A stretch of DNA of 64,000 nucleotides, from positions 352,001-416,000 of the forward strand of contig CAVZJB010000003.1 of NCBI GenBank assembly GCA_963775425.1, given 5' to 3'. Made by a program: the position numbers and the translations under genes. This document shows, piece after piece, positions 62,567 through 64,000 of the stretch (position 1 is the stretch's first letter; the number at the start of each line of letters is the position of its first letter). The notes under the pieces are model-generated. The model ran no database searches, was not told the DNA's origin, and saw only the letters and a list, made by a program, of their open reading frames with translations. The DNA comes from an uncultured delta proteobacterium. GTDB lineage: Bacteria > Myxococcota > UBA727 > VGSZ01.

Positions 62567-63334
62567 GTGACCGTGTCTCCGTCGCGGGCGGCGGTCGTCG
62601 CGCGGCTGCGGGCGCTGTCGGTGCCGGCCGCGGGGTTTCGCTACCCCGACACCGACAACCAGATGGAAGACGGGGTCTTCTCGTTTGCCAAGCGCACCGA
62701 CGAGGCCCGGGTGTGGGGCGAGCTCCTCGCGCGGGTGCCCGCCGGGGCAGGGCGGGCCCTCGACGCCGGCTGCGGCCTCGGCGCCCACGCCGCCGCCCTC
62801 GCCGCCCGCTTCGAAGACCCCCTCCTGCTCGACGCCGACGCCGGTCGCGCCCGCCAGGCCGCGGCCCGGACCGGCTGGCCGTTTCTTGAGCGCGTCTTCG
62901 TCGCTCGCGTCGACGACGGGGCGCTCCTGCACCCGGAGCTGCGGGGGGCGTTTTCCTTCGTGCAGATGATCCAGGTCCTCGGGCACCTCCCCGTCCGCGC
63001 GGTCGGCGACGCGCTCGGCGCGATGCATCACCTGCTCGACGAGCGCGGCCACCTGCTGCTGGCGGTGCCGTTTTCGGGGACGCCGCGCGACCTCACCTTC
63101 GTCACCGCTCTCGCCGGCGACGGCCGCGTCCGGCCCCGCGCGGTGTCGCTCGCCGACTACGACGCGCTCGCGCGCTGCCCCGAGGAGGGCAAGCTCCCCG
63201 TCCGCCACTTCTCGATGACCTCGCTCCTGAGCGCGCTCACCACCGGGGGCTTCGAGCTCGTCGAGGCCAAGCCGTACCACTGGTTCTCGCACGACACCGG
63301 CGACCTGTTCGCGCTCGCCCGGAGGCGCGCGTGA
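62567..63334 (+). CDS. Class I SAM-dependent methyltransferase
   Basis: ALDAGCGLG, VLGHL, G.LLL.VP. Confidence 0.85.
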   Translation: MTVSPSRAAVVARLRALSVPAAGFRYPDTDNQMEDGVFSFAKRTDEARVWGELLARVPAGAGRALDAGCGLGAHAAALAARFEDPLLLDADAGRARQAAARTGWPFLERVFVARVDDGALLHPELRGAFSFVQMIQVLGHLPVRAVGDALGAMHHLLDERGHLLLAVPFSGTPRDLTFVTALAGDGRVRPRAVSLADYDALARCPEEGKLPVRHFSMTSLLSALTTGGFELVEAKPYHWFSHDTGDLFALARRRA

Positions 63335-64000
63335 CCGACGACGTCCCGGCGCCGCCTGCGATCGCCGATCCGCTCGCCCTCGTCGACGACGCTTTTCGCG
63401 CGGCGGTGCTGGCGCCGGCGGCGCCGCCCACGCGCTTCTTCGTGAACCTCTCGGAGCGTTGCCAGCTCTCGTGCGCCCACTGCATCACCGATGCGCCGTC
63501 GCTGACGTCGTCGGGGCGCGCGCGCGATCTCTCGCCCGCCGTGCTCGAGGCGCTCGCGCCGCACCTCGCGCACGCCGCTTGGCTCGGCCTGGTGCACGCC
63601 GGCGAGCCGATGCTGGCGCCGCAGTTCGCGCCGCTCCTCGATGTCGTTCGCGCCCGGCGGGCCGAGCGCGGCGCCGGAGGCGGGGCGCCGGCGGTGGTGC
63701 ACCTGTTGACGAACGGCATGGCGATGACGCGCGCGCGCTTCGAGGAGGTGTGCGCGCTCGGGGTGACGTCGCTGTCATTTTCGCTCGACGGGATGAGCGC
63801 CGCCACCAACGACGTGTTGCGCATCGGCGCGCGCGCGTCGCTCCTCCTCGATCGAATCGGCGAGCTGTCGCGGGCGCGGCCGGCGGGGCTGCGGATGGGC
63901 GTGAGCTTCGTCGTCACCAAGGCCAACCTCGCGGAGCTGCCGGCGCTGCTGCGCTTCGCGCGTGACGCCGGGCTCGATTGGCTGAAGCTCGAAGAGGTCT
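63331..64000 (+). CDS. Radical SAM protein, 3'-truncated at the window edge (not in the supplied ORF track)
   Basis: GTG overlaps the methyltransferase stop; translation gives FFVNLSERCQLSCAHCITD, AGEP, LLTNG, FSLDG. Confidence 0.88.
   Translation, partial: MTDDVPAPPAIADPLALVDDAFRAAVLAPAAPPTRFFVNLSERCQLSCAHCITDAPSLTSSGRARDLSPAVLEALAPHLAHAAWLGLVHAGEPMLAPQFAPLLDVVRARRAERGAGGGAPAVVHLLTNGMAMTRARFEEVCALGVTSLSFSLDGMSAATNDVLRIGARASLLLDRIGELSRARPAGLRMGVSFVVTKANLAELPALLRFARDAGLDWLKLEEV

Overview
High-GC (visually about 70%), gene-dense bacterial chromosome segment. The gene content suggests Myxococcota or another deltaproteobacterium-like lineage (inference): Ser/Thr kinases, FHA/zinc-ribbon proteins, PEGA, PilZ, DUF4388-like, AgmX/PglI-like proteins and (GE)n-repeat lipoproteins. 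About 63 CDS were called. Housekeeping genes include folD-gcvT-gcvH-gcvP, trpS, lnt-prfB, truA, truD, an mlaE-mlaE-mlaF-mlaD set, two cyclophilins and a sigma-70 factor. No rRNA, tRNA, CRISPR array, transposase or integrase was seen. Most notable: (1) a tightly coupled tldD-pmbA operon followed by two microviridin-type (MdnB/MdnC-like) ATP-grasp ligases, with no visible precursor peptide; (2) a locus with a radical SAM/SPASM enzyme carrying a putative N-terminal RRE, a PHP hydrolase, two unknown proteins, a methyltransferase and a second radical SAM; (3) a SET-domain protein that gains an apparent signal peptide if a 1-nt frameshift is repaired; (4) a (GE)20 Cys-rich lipoprotein gene bracketed by 40-bp direct repeats; (5) a diadenylate cyclase abutting a double-FHA gene; (6) a PduL-like protein lacking its metal-binding His motifs. 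Three apparent single-base frameshifts suggest residual sequencing indels. All family assignments come from motif recognition by eye, not database searches.
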